Shown in pieces: positions 1 to 8,363 of a stretch of DNA of 24,000 nucleotides. The stretch is from the NCBI GenBank assembly GCA_937949545.1, contig CALEDR010000038.1:53503-77502 (forward strand), read 5' to 3'. Position numbers and translations under genes: made by a program. Positions within the stretch are counted from its first letter, which is position 1, and every line of letters starts with the position of its first letter. The notes under the pieces are model-generated. The model saw only the letters and a list, made by a program, of their open reading frames with translations, had not been told where the DNA came from and ran no database searches. Source of the stretch: an uncultured Phycisphaerae bacterium. Its GTDB lineage: Bacteria > Planctomycetota > Phycisphaerae > Sedimentisphaerales > Anaerohalosphaeraceae.

Positions 1-57
1 GCCGGGAAAGACTGTAAATTATGTATTTCGGAGAGTTTTACTCGGAAGGGTAAGCGA

Positions 58-738
58 ATGAAGGGTTTCTTTCGACTTCATGTGCGACGGTGTGTTTTAA
101 CGGGCCTGCTGACGGTTCTGCCGCTGCTGATTACGCTGTTGGTTTTTCAGTTTCTGATACGGATTATACGCAATCTGTTTGCCCCCGTTTTGGTTCATTT
201 TTTTCCGGATATGCCGATTTGGCTGAAGTACGGGGCTACTTTTGCGGCGGTTCTTCTTTTTCTGTATTTCCTCGGGCTGCTGACCGGTCATTTTCTGGGG
301 CGATGGTTTTGGACGCGGTTTGAGTCGATTTTGCTGAAAATCCCGCTGCTGCGAAGCATCTACAGCGCTTCCCGAGAGGTTGTACTGATGTTTTCCAATC
401 CGGAAAAGAAGGGCTATCGGGAGGTCGTTCTGGTGGAATTCCCACGGCCCGGAATGAAGGCCATCGGGTTCATCACCGGCACAGTGAACGATGAACAGGG
501 GAAACTGTACTATAAAGTCTTCATTCCCACAGCGCCGAACCCTACGAGCGGGTTTCTCGAAATTGTCGAGGCGGGGCAGCTGACCTCGTCGAATCTGACG
601 GTTGAGGAAGGGATCCAGATTATTATGTCCGGCGGGATTCTTGGACCCCAGAAAATGGTTTTGCATGCTTCTATGAAGTCTTCCAATTCTGTTGGAATAT
701 CCGGCCTGCAGCGGGCTCCGGAAAGGAGTTTGCCATGA
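58..738 (+). CDS. DUF502-family integral membrane protein
   Basis: 226-aa ORF with N-terminal hydrophobic helices (LTGLLTVLPLLITLLVFQFL; ATFAAVLLFLYFLGLL). Contains the motif IPTAPNPTSGFL, which I recognise as the DUF502/COG2928 signature. Its stop overlaps the next start (ATGA at 735-738). Confidence 0.65.
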   Translation: MKGFFRLHVRRCVLTGLLTVLPLLITLLVFQFLIRIIRNLFAPVLVHFFPDMPIWLKYGATFAAVLLFLYFLGLLTGHFLGRWFWTRFESILLKIPLLRSIYSASREVVLMFSNPEKKGYREVVLVEFPRPGMKAIGFITGTVNDEQGKLYYKVFIPTAPNPTSGFLEIVEAGQLTSSNLTVEEGIQIIMSGGILGPQKMVLHASMKSSNSVGISGLQRAPERSLP

Positions 739-1676
739 CTTTTCTTCTGATAGCGGCGGGGCTTGTGCTGCTGTATTTTGGAGCGGAGTGGCTGGTGAAG
801 GGGGCGGCCGCGGCGGCGGTTCGTTTGGGAGTGACGCCGCTGGCGATTGGACTGACGGTTGTGGCGTTTGGAACCAGCGCACCGGAGCTAACGGTGAGTA
901 CCCATGCCGCCCTGAAGGGATTGGGGGACATTGCTGTGACCAATGTGGTTGGCTCCAACAGCTTTAATATTGCGTTCATTCTGGGGCTTTCGGCGGCCAT
1001 CTGCCCGATTCGCGTTACCAAGCAGCTGATCCGCTGGGATGTGCCGGTGATGATTGCCGTGTCGGTTCTTTGCATTGTGCTGCTGCTGGACCGGCATCTG
1101 TCCCGGCCGGAAGGGCTGCTGCTCTTTGCAGGGATAACGGCTTATACGATTTGGACGTTTCGTCAGGCCAAACGGGAGCCGGATTTGGCTTTGGGGTTGG
1201 CGGACGTGTTCAAACAGGGCGGTGCCTCGTCAGGGCTTTGGGGGCCTGCGGGGCTTGTGGTTTTGGGGCTGGTGCTGCTGGTGCTGGGGTCTAAGCTGCT
1301 GATTGCCGGGGCTCTTCATCTGGCCCGACGTTACGGGATTTCGGAAGCGGTTGTTGGATTGACGATTGTCAGTGCTGGGACCAGTCTGCCGGAACTGGCC
1401 ACGTCGGTTGTGGCGGCGGTTCGCAGGCAGGCGGATATCTCTATCGGCAACATTATCGGATCCAATATTTTCAATATGTTGGGGATATTGGGGATTTCAT
1501 CGCTGGTGCGTCCGTATTCATCGCCGGAGCTGACTTTTTGGGATTTGGGGATGATGCTCGGAACGGCCCTTCTTCTGCTTCCTCTCCTGCGGAGCGGATT
1601 TGTTCTGAGCCGCAAAGAAGGGCTCTTTTTGCTGGTTTTGTACGGGGCCTATTTATGGCATCTATGGCCGCGATAG
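735..1676 (+). CDS. CaCA-family cation/Ca2+ exchanger (YrbG-like Na+/Ca2+ antiporter)
   Basis: 313 aa and polytopic. Two internal alpha-repeat motifs, GTSAPELTVS and GTSLPELATS, each followed by GSN(S/I)FN. Translationally coupled to the upstream gene. Confidence 0.85.
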   Translation: MTFLLIAAGLVLLYFGAEWLVKGAAAAAVRLGVTPLAIGLTVVAFGTSAPELTVSTHAALKGLGDIAVTNVVGSNSFNIAFILGLSAAICPIRVTKQLIRWDVPVMIAVSVLCIVLLLDRHLSRPEGLLLFAGITAYTIWTFRQAKREPDLALGLADVFKQGGASSGLWGPAGLVVLGLVLLVLGSKLLIAGALHLARRYGISEAVVGLTIVSAGTSLPELATSVVAAVRRQADISIGNIIGSNIFNMLGILGISSLVRPYSSPELTFWDLGMMLGTALLLLPLLRSGFVLSRKEGLFLLVLYGAYLWHLWPR

Positions 1677-1685
1677 CGGAAAAAG

Positions 1686-2429
1686 TCAGCGTCGGCTTTG
1701 CTGGAGTTTGGCCAGCAAGCGGAGAATTTCCAGATAGAGCCAAACGAGTGTAACCAGCAGTCCGAAGGCGGCATACCATTCCATATATTTGGGGGCACCG
1801 GCGGCGGCGCCGTTTTCGATAAAGTCAAAGTCCAGCACCAGATTCAGGGCGGCGATGATGACGATAAGGACGCTGAAGGCAATCCCGAGCGGCCCGCTGC
1901 TGTGAAGCAGGGGAACATTCAGACCGAAGAACCCCAGAATGAGTGCGATGAAATAAAACAGACAGATTCCGCCGGTGGCGGCGACGATGCCGAGTTTGAA
2001 GTTTTCCGACGGCTTAATCAGCCGGGAGGTGTAGGCAATCAGCAGGGCGGCCAGCGTGCCGAAGGTCAGAAAGACGGCCTGAAAGACGATGCCGGGGAAT
2101 TGCTGTTCAAAGGCCGCCGACACACCTCCCAAAAGCAGCCCTTCCGCGACGGCATACAGCGGGGCGGTGACGGGAGCGGCGGTCTTTTTGAAGATGGTAA
2201 TCAGAGCCAGAACGAAGCCGCCGATGAGGCCGCCCAGCAGATAAGGAACGAAATTGCCGCCGGTGGAAAAGACATGCCAGGTCCACGAAGCCGAGACCGT
2301 GACCAGCCCCAGCAGGACGGCGGAGCGGTTCACAGTACCCTGAAGGGTCATTGTTTTTACGGTGGAATCGTAATAGGGAATGGCCTCAAAGACCTGGTCG
2401 TTGAGGGCCGGGTTGGCTGTCCGCATCAT
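1686..2429 (-). CDS. Bax inhibitor-1/YccA-like multi-pass membrane protein
   Basis: 247 aa. A short polar N-terminus (MMRTANPALN) is followed by about 7 hydrophobic helices. AAGGAG Shine-Dalgarno lies 6 nt upstream of the ATGATG start on the minus strand. The family call rests on overall pattern only. Confidence 0.55.
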   Translation of the reverse strand: MMRTANPALNDQVFEAIPYYDSTVKTMTLQGTVNRSAVLLGLVTVSASWTWHVFSTGGNFVPYLLGGLIGGFVLALITIFKKTAAPVTAPLYAVAEGLLLGGVSAAFEQQFPGIVFQAVFLTFGTLAALLIAYTSRLIKPSENFKLGIVAATGGICLFYFIALILGFFGLNVPLLHSSGPLGIAFSVLIVIIAALNLVLDFDFIENGAAAGAPKYMEWYAAFGLLVTLVWLYLEILRLLAKLQQSRR

Positions 2430-2589
2430 AAAAAGCTCCTTTCTTCTGTAAAGGACTAACGTTCCGGATTATTATATCTGAATGAATTGTCCGGTCAATC
2501 CGGCAGAAGTTTTACGCTCGGGTGCGGCGGAAGGTTCAGCCGTTCCCGAAAAGGTCAAAGATGAAAGTTCAGAACGAAAGGAAATCCGG

Positions 2590-3075
2590 ATGAGCTCTCA
2601 ACAGCTGGCCGACGGACTGATGGTGATTCATTTCCTCTGGGTGCTGTTTATGATCTGGGGGATTGTCCGGACAATTGATGCGGCGGCTGCGGTGATGGTT
2701 GGCCGGCATCCGCCCCTTCGGGCTCAGCGGTTTCTGGAACGGTGGCTTTTCCGCACGGTTCATCTGGCTGGGATTTTGTTGACGGGAATCCTGGCGATTC
2801 TGGGCCGGTATTGTCCGCTGACGATATGGGAGTATCAGCTGCGCCGCGGCGGCCGGCCGTTTGCGGAACCGCCCGAATCATTTCTGCTGGTGTGGATTGA
2901 GCGGCTGCTGTATCCGGATGTGCCGCCTGTGCTGCTGGAGGTCGTCTCGGCCGCCGCGGCAGTGTTTACGCTGGCGGTCTATGCCGTGCGTCCTCCGGCC
3001 AAAATCCGACAGACGTTGGGTGTTCTTTTGCGACGCAGAACAAACTGTCAGGGCTCCAGGGCCAGCAGACCCTGA
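2590..3075 (+). CDS. DUF2784-like small membrane protein
   Basis: The track ORF starts at 2482, but the hydrophobic body begins after the Met at 2590 (MSSQQLADGLMVIHFLWVLFMIWG). CPLTIWE motif in a small 4-helix membrane protein, which I associate with DUF2784. The 3-prime end overlaps the convergent GH43 gene by 28 nt. Confidence 0.45.
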   Translation: MSSQQLADGLMVIHFLWVLFMIWGIVRTIDAAAAVMVGRHPPLRAQRFLERWLFRTVHLAGILLTGILAILGRYCPLTIWEYQLRRGGRPFAEPPESFLLVWIERLLYPDVPPVLLEVVSAAAAVFTLAVYAVRPPAKIRQTLGVLLRRRTNCQGSRASRP

Positions 3076-3995
3076 AGGATTTGTTCATCGGCTTCAAAGG
3101 CTGTCCCGTGGCGGGTGCCGCGGGGAAAGCCCAGCTGCTCGGAGATAATTTCCCAGTTTTTCAGGTCTTTGGAGCGGACGGCGCCGTAACGTCCGCGTGT
3201 GTATTCGTCATAGTAGACGACCCAGTATTCACCGAGTTTGAGAACGGTAGGGCCTTCGACCCAGGAGGGGCTGAAGGGGTCGGAGGCAGGGCCGTAAGGG
3301 CCGGTGAGGTTTTTGCTGACGGTCAGACGGAGGTTCTTTTTAGGCTGCGGGCGTTTGGTTTCGTCCTTGACAAACATCAGCCAGCGTTCGTTGTCCGGCA
3401 CAATCACGGCATCGATGACATTAAATCCCCCGTCATACAGTAGGGCGGCTGGGGAGAAGGTTTCAAAGTTTTTGGTGGAGATATAGTAAATCCGGTGGTT
3501 CTGTTTGCAGCCCTCACGGGAGATGTCGCCGGTTTCATCCGTTTCGGGAAATCGGCCTGGGATGGTAGTGGACCAGTAAATTGTGAATTGTTCGGTTTGG
3601 GGGTCGTAGAGGATTTCCGGCGCCCAGCAGTTCAGGGCGTTGGGTTCGTGGTCCATCACGCCCAGCCGACGCTGCGGCGTCCAGTGAATCAGGTCTTTGG
3701 AGTGGGCCAGCCCGATGCCTTTGTCCCACCAGCCGGTCGTCCAGACCATATGGAAGGTGCCGTCCGGGCCGCGGCAGATGGACGGGTCGCGCATCAGTTT
3801 GGAGCCGACCTGCGGACGCAGAAGGGGACGGTCGCCGTTGAGGGGTTTCCATTCGAGACCATCACGGCTGAAGGCCAGATGCAGACCGCTTTCGCCGTTG
3901 CCGCGAAAGGAGGAGAACAGATAGACGGGCTGGGCGGCTTCGGCCGCGGAAAGCAGAGCAGCGGCAAGCAGGACATAACAGGAGATTCTTTTCAT
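3048..3995 (-). CDS. Secreted glycoside hydrolase, family 43-like (five-bladed beta-propeller)
   Basis: 315 aa. Signal peptide MKRISCYVLLAAALLSAAEA. GH43-type catalytic contexts LMRDPSI, NCWAPEI and WVEGPTV. Confidence 0.7.
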   Translation of the reverse strand: MKRISCYVLLAAALLSAAEAAQPVYLFSSFRGNGESGLHLAFSRDGLEWKPLNGDRPLLRPQVGSKLMRDPSICRGPDGTFHMVWTTGWWDKGIGLAHSKDLIHWTPQRRLGVMDHEPNALNCWAPEILYDPQTEQFTIYWSTTIPGRFPETDETGDISREGCKQNHRIYYISTKNFETFSPAALLYDGGFNVIDAVIVPDNERWLMFVKDETKRPQPKKNLRLTVSKNLTGPYGPASDPFSPSWVEGPTVLKLGEYWVVYYDEYTRGRYGAVRSKDLKNWEIISEQLGFPRGTRHGTAFEADEQILQGLLALEP

Positions 3996-4044
3996 GATTG
4001 ATTTTCTTTTCTCAATTGTTTTTCTCTTCTCGAACCGATGCTCA

Positions 4045-4062
4045 ACAAACTGGGTTCCCGCT
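4045..4062 (-). terminator. Possible tyrS terminator hairpin
   Basis: Perfect 7-bp stem TTCCCGC / GCGGGAA with a 4-nt loop, 25 nt downstream of the tyrS stop on the minus strand. The trailing sequence (CCCAGTTTGTTG) is only weakly T-rich, so this is tentative. Confidence 0.3.
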
Positions 4063-4086
4063 TCTGCGGGAATGACAACAAAAAAC

Positions 4087-5286
4087 CTACACCTTCAGCC
4101 GGGCGAATTTGCGTTTGCCGACCTGAACAACCATCCCGCTGTGCGGGGTGATTTCCTGATTGGGGTCGGTGATTTTTTCATTATTGATGCGGACGCCTCC
4201 CTGCAGGACGGCCCGTTTGGCCTCTCCGCCGGTGGCGGCCAGTCCGCACTGGAGCAGGAGTTTGGCGGCGGCGATGGGGGCGGCGCTGACGGCCACTTCC
4301 GGCATTTCATCGGGCAGCTGGCTTTGGGCGAAGACCTTTTCGAATTCTTCGGCGGCCTGCTGGGCGGCCTGCCTGCCGTAAAACTGCTGCACGATGAGTT
4401 TGCCCAGCAGGATTTTGGCTTCTTTCGGGTGAGTCTTGGACGGGTCGGTCAGCTCCCGGATGCGCTCGGCGGGCAGGTCTGTCAGAAGCGTAAAGTAGTT
4501 TTCCATCAGATGGTCGGGGATGCTCATCGTTTTGCCGAACATGTCGGAGGGCTTGTCGGTGACGCCGATGTAGTTGCCCTTGGATTTGCTCATTTTTTCT
4601 TTGCCGTCCAGGCCGATGAGGATGGGCATGGTGATGACAATCTGGGCGGGCTGGCCCGCCAGACGCTGGAGGTCTCTGCCGACCAGATTGTTGAAGGTCT
4701 GGTCGGTGCCGCCCAGCTCGACGTCGCTCTGGATGGCCACGGAGTCATAGCCCTGCATCAGCGGGTAGAGGAATTCGTGGATGCCGATGGGGTCGCCTTT
4801 TTTGTAGCGGATTTCGAAGGTGTCGCGTTCGAGCATCCGGGCGACGGTCATTGAGGCGGTCAGTTTGATGATGTCGGCCAGACGCAGGTCGGCCAGCCAT
4901 TCGCTGTTGAACCGCACCTCGACTTTGTCGGGGGACATATCGAGGATTCTGCCGGCCTGCTCGAAGTAAGTTTTGGCGTTTTCCTGGATTTTTTCGGGAC
5001 TGAGCATCGGGCGGGTGGTGTTCTGGCCGGTCGGGTCGCCGATGCGGGCGGTATAGTCGCCGATAATCAAGACGGCTTTGTGGCCCAAGTCCTGAAACTG
5101 CCGGAGCTTGCGAAGGACGACGGTATGGCCCAAATGAATATCCGGCGCGGTGGGGTCCATTCCGAGTTTAGCCCGGAGAGGCCGGCCGGTTTTGGCGGCA
5201 TCGGCCAGACGCTGGGCCAGTTCTTCTTCGCGGAAGACCTCGACGGTTCCGCGTTTGAGGATTTGCATCTGCTGGGCAATGTCCAT
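4087..5286 (-). CDS. tyrS: Tyrosine--tRNA ligase
   Basis: 399 aa. Class I synthetase signatures HLGH (DIHLGHTV) and KMSKS. C-terminal S4-like RNA-binding tail ([20 protein letters not shown]). Confidence 0.95.
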   Translation of the reverse strand: MDIAQQMQILKRGTVEVFREEELAQRLADAAKTGRPLRAKLGMDPTAPDIHLGHTVVLRKLRQFQDLGHKAVLIIGDYTARIGDPTGQNTTRPMLSPEKIQENAKTYFEQAGRILDMSPDKVEVRFNSEWLADLRLADIIKLTASMTVARMLERDTFEIRYKKGDPIGIHEFLYPLMQGYDSVAIQSDVELGGTDQTFNNLVGRDLQRLAGQPAQIVITMPILIGLDGKEKMSKSKGNYIGVTDKPSDMFGKTMSIPDHLMENYFTLLTDLPAERIRELTDPSKTHPKEAKILLGKLIVQQFYGRQAAQQAAEEFEKVFAQSQLPDEMPEVAVSAAPIAAAKLLLQCGLAATGGEAKRAVLQGGVRINNEKITDPNQEITPHSGMVVQVGKRKFARLKV

Positions 5287-5443
5287 TGGAGTTCCTTATT
5301 TTTGTGCCGTTTGGTTCGAACCGTCTTAAAGACTGAGAATTATAGCAAAAGGGCCGGCGGTCTGCAAGGGCAGGGAGGAAAAGGCAAAGGAAGAATGGAG
5401 AATGAAGAAAAGGCGGCGGGACCGCCGGCGGGGGGAAGCGGAC

Positions 5444-5499
5444 AAAATCCGAAGTACGAAACCCGAAACCCGAAACGAGAAATCCGAAATCCCAAACAC
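5444..5499. repeat. Heptanucleotide tandem repeat, about 8 units, consensus GAAAYCC
   Basis: Units read directly: aaaatcc gaagtac gaaaccc gaaaccc gaaacga gaaatcc gaaatcc caaacac. Non-coding, between tyrS and the AT-rich island. Confidence 0.8.
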
Positions 5500-5540
5500 T
5501 TCCGCCGAAGGCCAAAGACCCCCAAAACCGGAAAAAAGGG

Positions 5541-5602
5541 GTTGAAAAGAGGTTGTGAGATATAATAAAATGTTGAAAAGAGGTTGTGAGATATAATAAA
5601 AT
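5541..5602. repeat. Perfect 31-bp tandem direct duplication (2 abutting copies)
   Basis: GTTGAAAAGAGGTTGTGAGATATAATAAAAT occurs at 5541-5571 and again at 5572-5602 with no mismatch and no spacer. Each copy carries TTGAAA and TATAAT hexamers 13 nt apart. It lies exactly where GC content drops. Confidence 0.9.
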
Positions 5603-5670
5603 TCCTTTTTATAAATAAATTTTACAAGACCTTGCGGATGGAGAAAATCGGGATAAACGCAGGAGGAATC

Positions 5671-7494
5671 ATGCAAACCATACAGCTGGCATTTCCGCCA
5701 TTCGAAGGAGAAGAAGAAGGATTAAATGATGCGGGAATTGAGACATTCGAAGGAGATATAGAGGATCATGTTGCAAGAGAATGCGGTCAGAATACTTGTG
5801 ATGCTGCTTTAGACAAAAAAGAAGTGAAGCTGCATTTTTCTCTTCTTACAGTGCCGATTGATCAGCTGCCGTGCCTGCTTGAATTAAAGGATGTTTTTAC
5901 TAGATGCATAACTTATTGGAAAGATGATCCTAAAGCAGTTTCCTTTTTCTCAAAGGCCAAAACCTGCCTCGAGCAAGAAACGATAAGCGTACTAAAGATA
6001 AGCGATTACGGTACAACCGGACTGACAGGGACAGATACAGACAGAACAGGCAGGTGGTATTCTCTGGTCAGGGCCAAGGGAGCCTGCAACAAAGACGCAG
6101 GTGCCGGAGGCTCTTTCGGGATCGGAAAATATGCTCCTTTCGCCGCTTCCAAGCTTCGTACTGTTTATTATTATACACGCACCGCAGAAAATGAGGCCTT
6201 TCAGGGTGTCTCACGATTGGTAACTCATCACAATGCCCAAGGACAGAAAGTTCACCCCACCGGCTATATTGGTGAATGTATTCAAAGGAACGGTACATAC
6301 TCCTTCAATTCCATCCGTAATTCAATACCTGAATTTTTTCGAAGACCTACTGGGGATACAGGAACCGATATATATGTCCCTGCCTATCGAAAAAGCGATC
6401 GGTGGGAAGAACAATTAATAATCTCTGTTCTGAATAACTTCTGGCCGGCTATCTGCATGAAAAAAATTGTATTTAAGATAAACAACACTGCTATAGACTC
6501 TAATAACATAGAACAATATATGGAACAATATAAACAGCATGAAGCATTCACAGCATACCGATATTTTAATGCTTATAAAAACGGGGTCCCCTTTGAGTGC
6601 GCTCTTGAGATTGTAGGCAACTCCGAACTGAGGCTGATAATTGATGACATGCGGGAAAGCAAACCTATTGCCGTATGCAGAAAAAGCGGAATGATTATTG
6701 ATACCTGGGGACGTTTCAGGAGACGAAAGCCTATTAGCGGGGTCTATATCTGTCATGATAAAAAAGGAAATGAAATTTTACGGAAATTAGAACCGCCTCG
6801 TCATGACAAATGGGATCCAAAACGAGGAGAAAACGGGGAAGAGGTGATTGAGACAATTAGGGATTGGATTCGCAGCTGCATTGACAGTCTTCTGAAAGAA
6901 GAGACAAATGAATCCTTTCAAATTTCTGCAATGGCTCAATATTTACCCGACGACGAAATTTTCGGGCCGGAGACAATACCAGGAGGGCTTCCCTCGGGCC
7001 CCAAAGGAACCACTACATCGCCAATAACTGGTTTGCCCCCGAGGACCCCTCCAATTGCTGAAGGTGGGCATAATACAACAACTGGAGAAGGAGAAGGGAC
7101 AAACGGCGGCGGGGGCGTCAAAGAAGGAGGCGGGAAAGGGGGCGAAGGACATGACGGAAGAGGCAGTGGTGCGAAGGACGGCGGCGATGGGACAAAAGGG
7201 GTCAAGAAAGCTCCAAAAGGGAATTTGCACATGCGATGCATGTATGATGAAGTCCAGCAGTTTTATACAATCGTGCTTCGTTCTGATGCCGAATTTGAAG
7301 GCAGAATATCATTCGGAGCAGTCGGAGATGACGGTGAAATGGAAATGCTGCAGATTGAAAAAGTGATGCAGGATAACAAGGAGTTGCCTATAGAAGGAAA
7401 TGGTTTCTTTGTACAATTGAATCCAGACAATCCCCAGCATTATAGGCTGATGTTTGAAGAAAAGGAAAAGATGACCTTAAGGATAATAAAATGA
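5671..7494 (+). CDS. GHKL (Bergerat-fold, MORC/MutL/Hsp90-like) ATPase with Gly/Pro/Thr-rich linker and small C-terminal domain
   Basis: The track ORF starts at 5632, but AGGAGGA (5661-5667) sits 3 nt before the ATG at 5671. Motif I (N-box) ARECGQNTCDA fits ExxxNxxDA, with E at 5779, N at 5791 and D at 5800. Motif II-like ISDYGTTGLTG lies at about 6004-6030. Motif III GAGGSFGIGKYAPF lies at about 6100-6141. A low-complexity linker spans about 6964-7221. Confidence 0.65.
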   Translation: MQTIQLAFPPFEGEEEGLNDAGIETFEGDIEDHVARECGQNTCDAALDKKEVKLHFSLLTVPIDQLPCLLELKDVFTRCITYWKDDPKAVSFFSKAKTCLEQETISVLKISDYGTTGLTGTDTDRTGRWYSLVRAKGACNKDAGAGGSFGIGKYAPFAASKLRTVYYYTRTAENEAFQGVSRLVTHHNAQGQKVHPTGYIGECIQRNGTYSFNSIRNSIPEFFRRPTGDTGTDIYVPAYRKSDRWEEQLIISVLNNFWPAICMKKIVFKINNTAIDSNNIEQYMEQYKQHEAFTAYRYFNAYKNGVPFECALEIVGNSELRLIIDDMRESKPIAVCRKSGMIIDTWGRFRRRKPISGVYICHDKKGNEILRKLEPPRHDKWDPKRGENGEEVIETIRDWIRSCIDSLLKEETNESFQISAMAQYLPDDEIFGPETIPGGLPSGPKGTTTSPITGLPPRTPPIAEGGHNTTTGEGEGTNGGGGVKEGGGKGGEGHDGRGSGAKDGGDGTKGVKKAPKGNLHMRCMYDEVQQFYTIVLRSDAEFEGRISFGAVGDDGEMEMLQIEKVMQDNKELPIEGNGFFVQLNPDNPQHYRLMFEEKEKMTLRIIK

Positions 7495-8363
7495 AGACGA
7501 CCGAGAGATTCCCTTATCCTGTTTTGTCAGCTTTTTCCGATGATATAGAAAACTCAACATTTGAGTCGACTGTTATTTATCAAACTGACAAAAAAGACTA
7601 CCGTTTCACCTACACAATCACGTTGCACAATTCCACGATAATACAGCTATTAAAAGAACACCGAGCCGTTCTTGCACTTCATTTTGAATGCGGAAGGACC
7701 TTTTTTCGGGAAAAATATAAAATAGAAGACATCACATGGTCTGACTGCATCACCATCAGCGGAACAATTGTAATCCCATGGAGCCGGATATGCGGCAAAA
7801 CCGAAATCTCAGCATTTATATATGCTGATGATGTTATCGAGAATTACCATCCTGAAGGGCTCCACCCTGATTATCAGCAGACCACTTTTACAATGCGGCC
7901 GGGAGAAATATTGGCTACAAGCGGACCGGTGATACTCGATGTGTATTCAGACTATGAGCCCATTCAAAAACCCGATTCAATTATTGTATTCAAACTCGAC
8001 AAAGAAAGAGAAACAGGCGAAATACACATCAATCTCAATTCAGACAAAATCGAAGTTTCTCTTCCGAAGAATATGTTTGACAAATATGAGGCCTTGCGTA
8101 CTGACAAGCAGAAAGAGGGCATCATAACATCTTTGCTCGGCATACCTGTATTGATGGAAGGACTAAGATTCATTAAAGAAACTGTGGACGAGAATCTCTC
8201 AGAAAACAGGCGGTACCGATGGTTCAGATCACTTGAAAAAAAACTTCTTGAGATGGGAATCAATATCAAGAATGAAGAAAACACTTTTGAAGCTGCGCAA
8301 AGGGTTTTTGAAAATCCATATATGAGAGCAGCAGATGATTTTGAAAAGATGGATAGGTTATGA
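7491..8363 (+). CDS. Hypothetical protein (orphan, operon partner B)
   Basis: 290-aa ORF. Its start overlaps the upstream stop (ATGA at 7491-7494). AT-rich codon usage matches its neighbours. I recognise no catalytic motif. The N-terminus is ERFPYPVLSAFSDD and the C-terminal third is helical and charged. Confidence 0.7.
   Translation: MKTTERFPYPVLSAFSDDIENSTFESTVIYQTDKKDYRFTYTITLHNSTIIQLLKEHRAVLALHFECGRTFFREKYKIEDITWSDCITISGTIVIPWSRICGKTEISAFIYADDVIENYHPEGLHPDYQQTTFTMRPGEILATSGPVILDVYSDYEPIQKPDSIIVFKLDKERETGEIHINLNSDKIEVSLPKNMFDKYEALRTDKQKEGIITSLLGIPVLMEGLRFIKETVDENLSENRRYRWFRSLEKKLLEMGINIKNEENTFEAAQRVFENPYMRAADDFEKMDRL

Noticed and set aside
97-4854. Other long alternative-frame ORFs, e.g. 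97-882 (-), 1698-2459 (+), 3495-4001 (+) and 3994-4854 (+)
   Set aside because: Each overlaps a gene with recognisable motifs on the other strand (DUF502, BI-1-like, GH43, tyrS). Each has a biased Gly/Arg/Pro/Gln composition.
5287-5440. T-box or other leader upstream of tyrS, including a short GC hairpin (5414-5427) followed by a T-run on the minus strand
   Set aside because: I could not find the conserved T-box sequence or specifier-loop architecture. The hairpin has only a 5-bp stem. There is not enough evidence for a riboswitch or attenuator call.
5541-5602. Possible CRISPR array
   Set aside because: There are only two repeat copies. They abut directly with no spacer, and there are no cas genes. 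This is a tandem duplication, not a CRISPR array.
5080-5676. Track ORFs spanning the tyrS start and the intergenic repeats (5080-5565 +, 5168-5515 -, 5326-5676 -, 5340-5525 -)
   Set aside because: They translate the polypurine and heptamer repeats into repetitive peptides (e.g. ETRNPKREIRNPK). They cross a compositional boundary and have no RBS.
7094-7145. G-quadruplex potential in the linker-coding tract (four G3-G5 runs)
   Set aside because: The loops between G-runs are 12 and 16 nt, far longer than canonical G4 loops. The runs are more simply explained by Gly codons.
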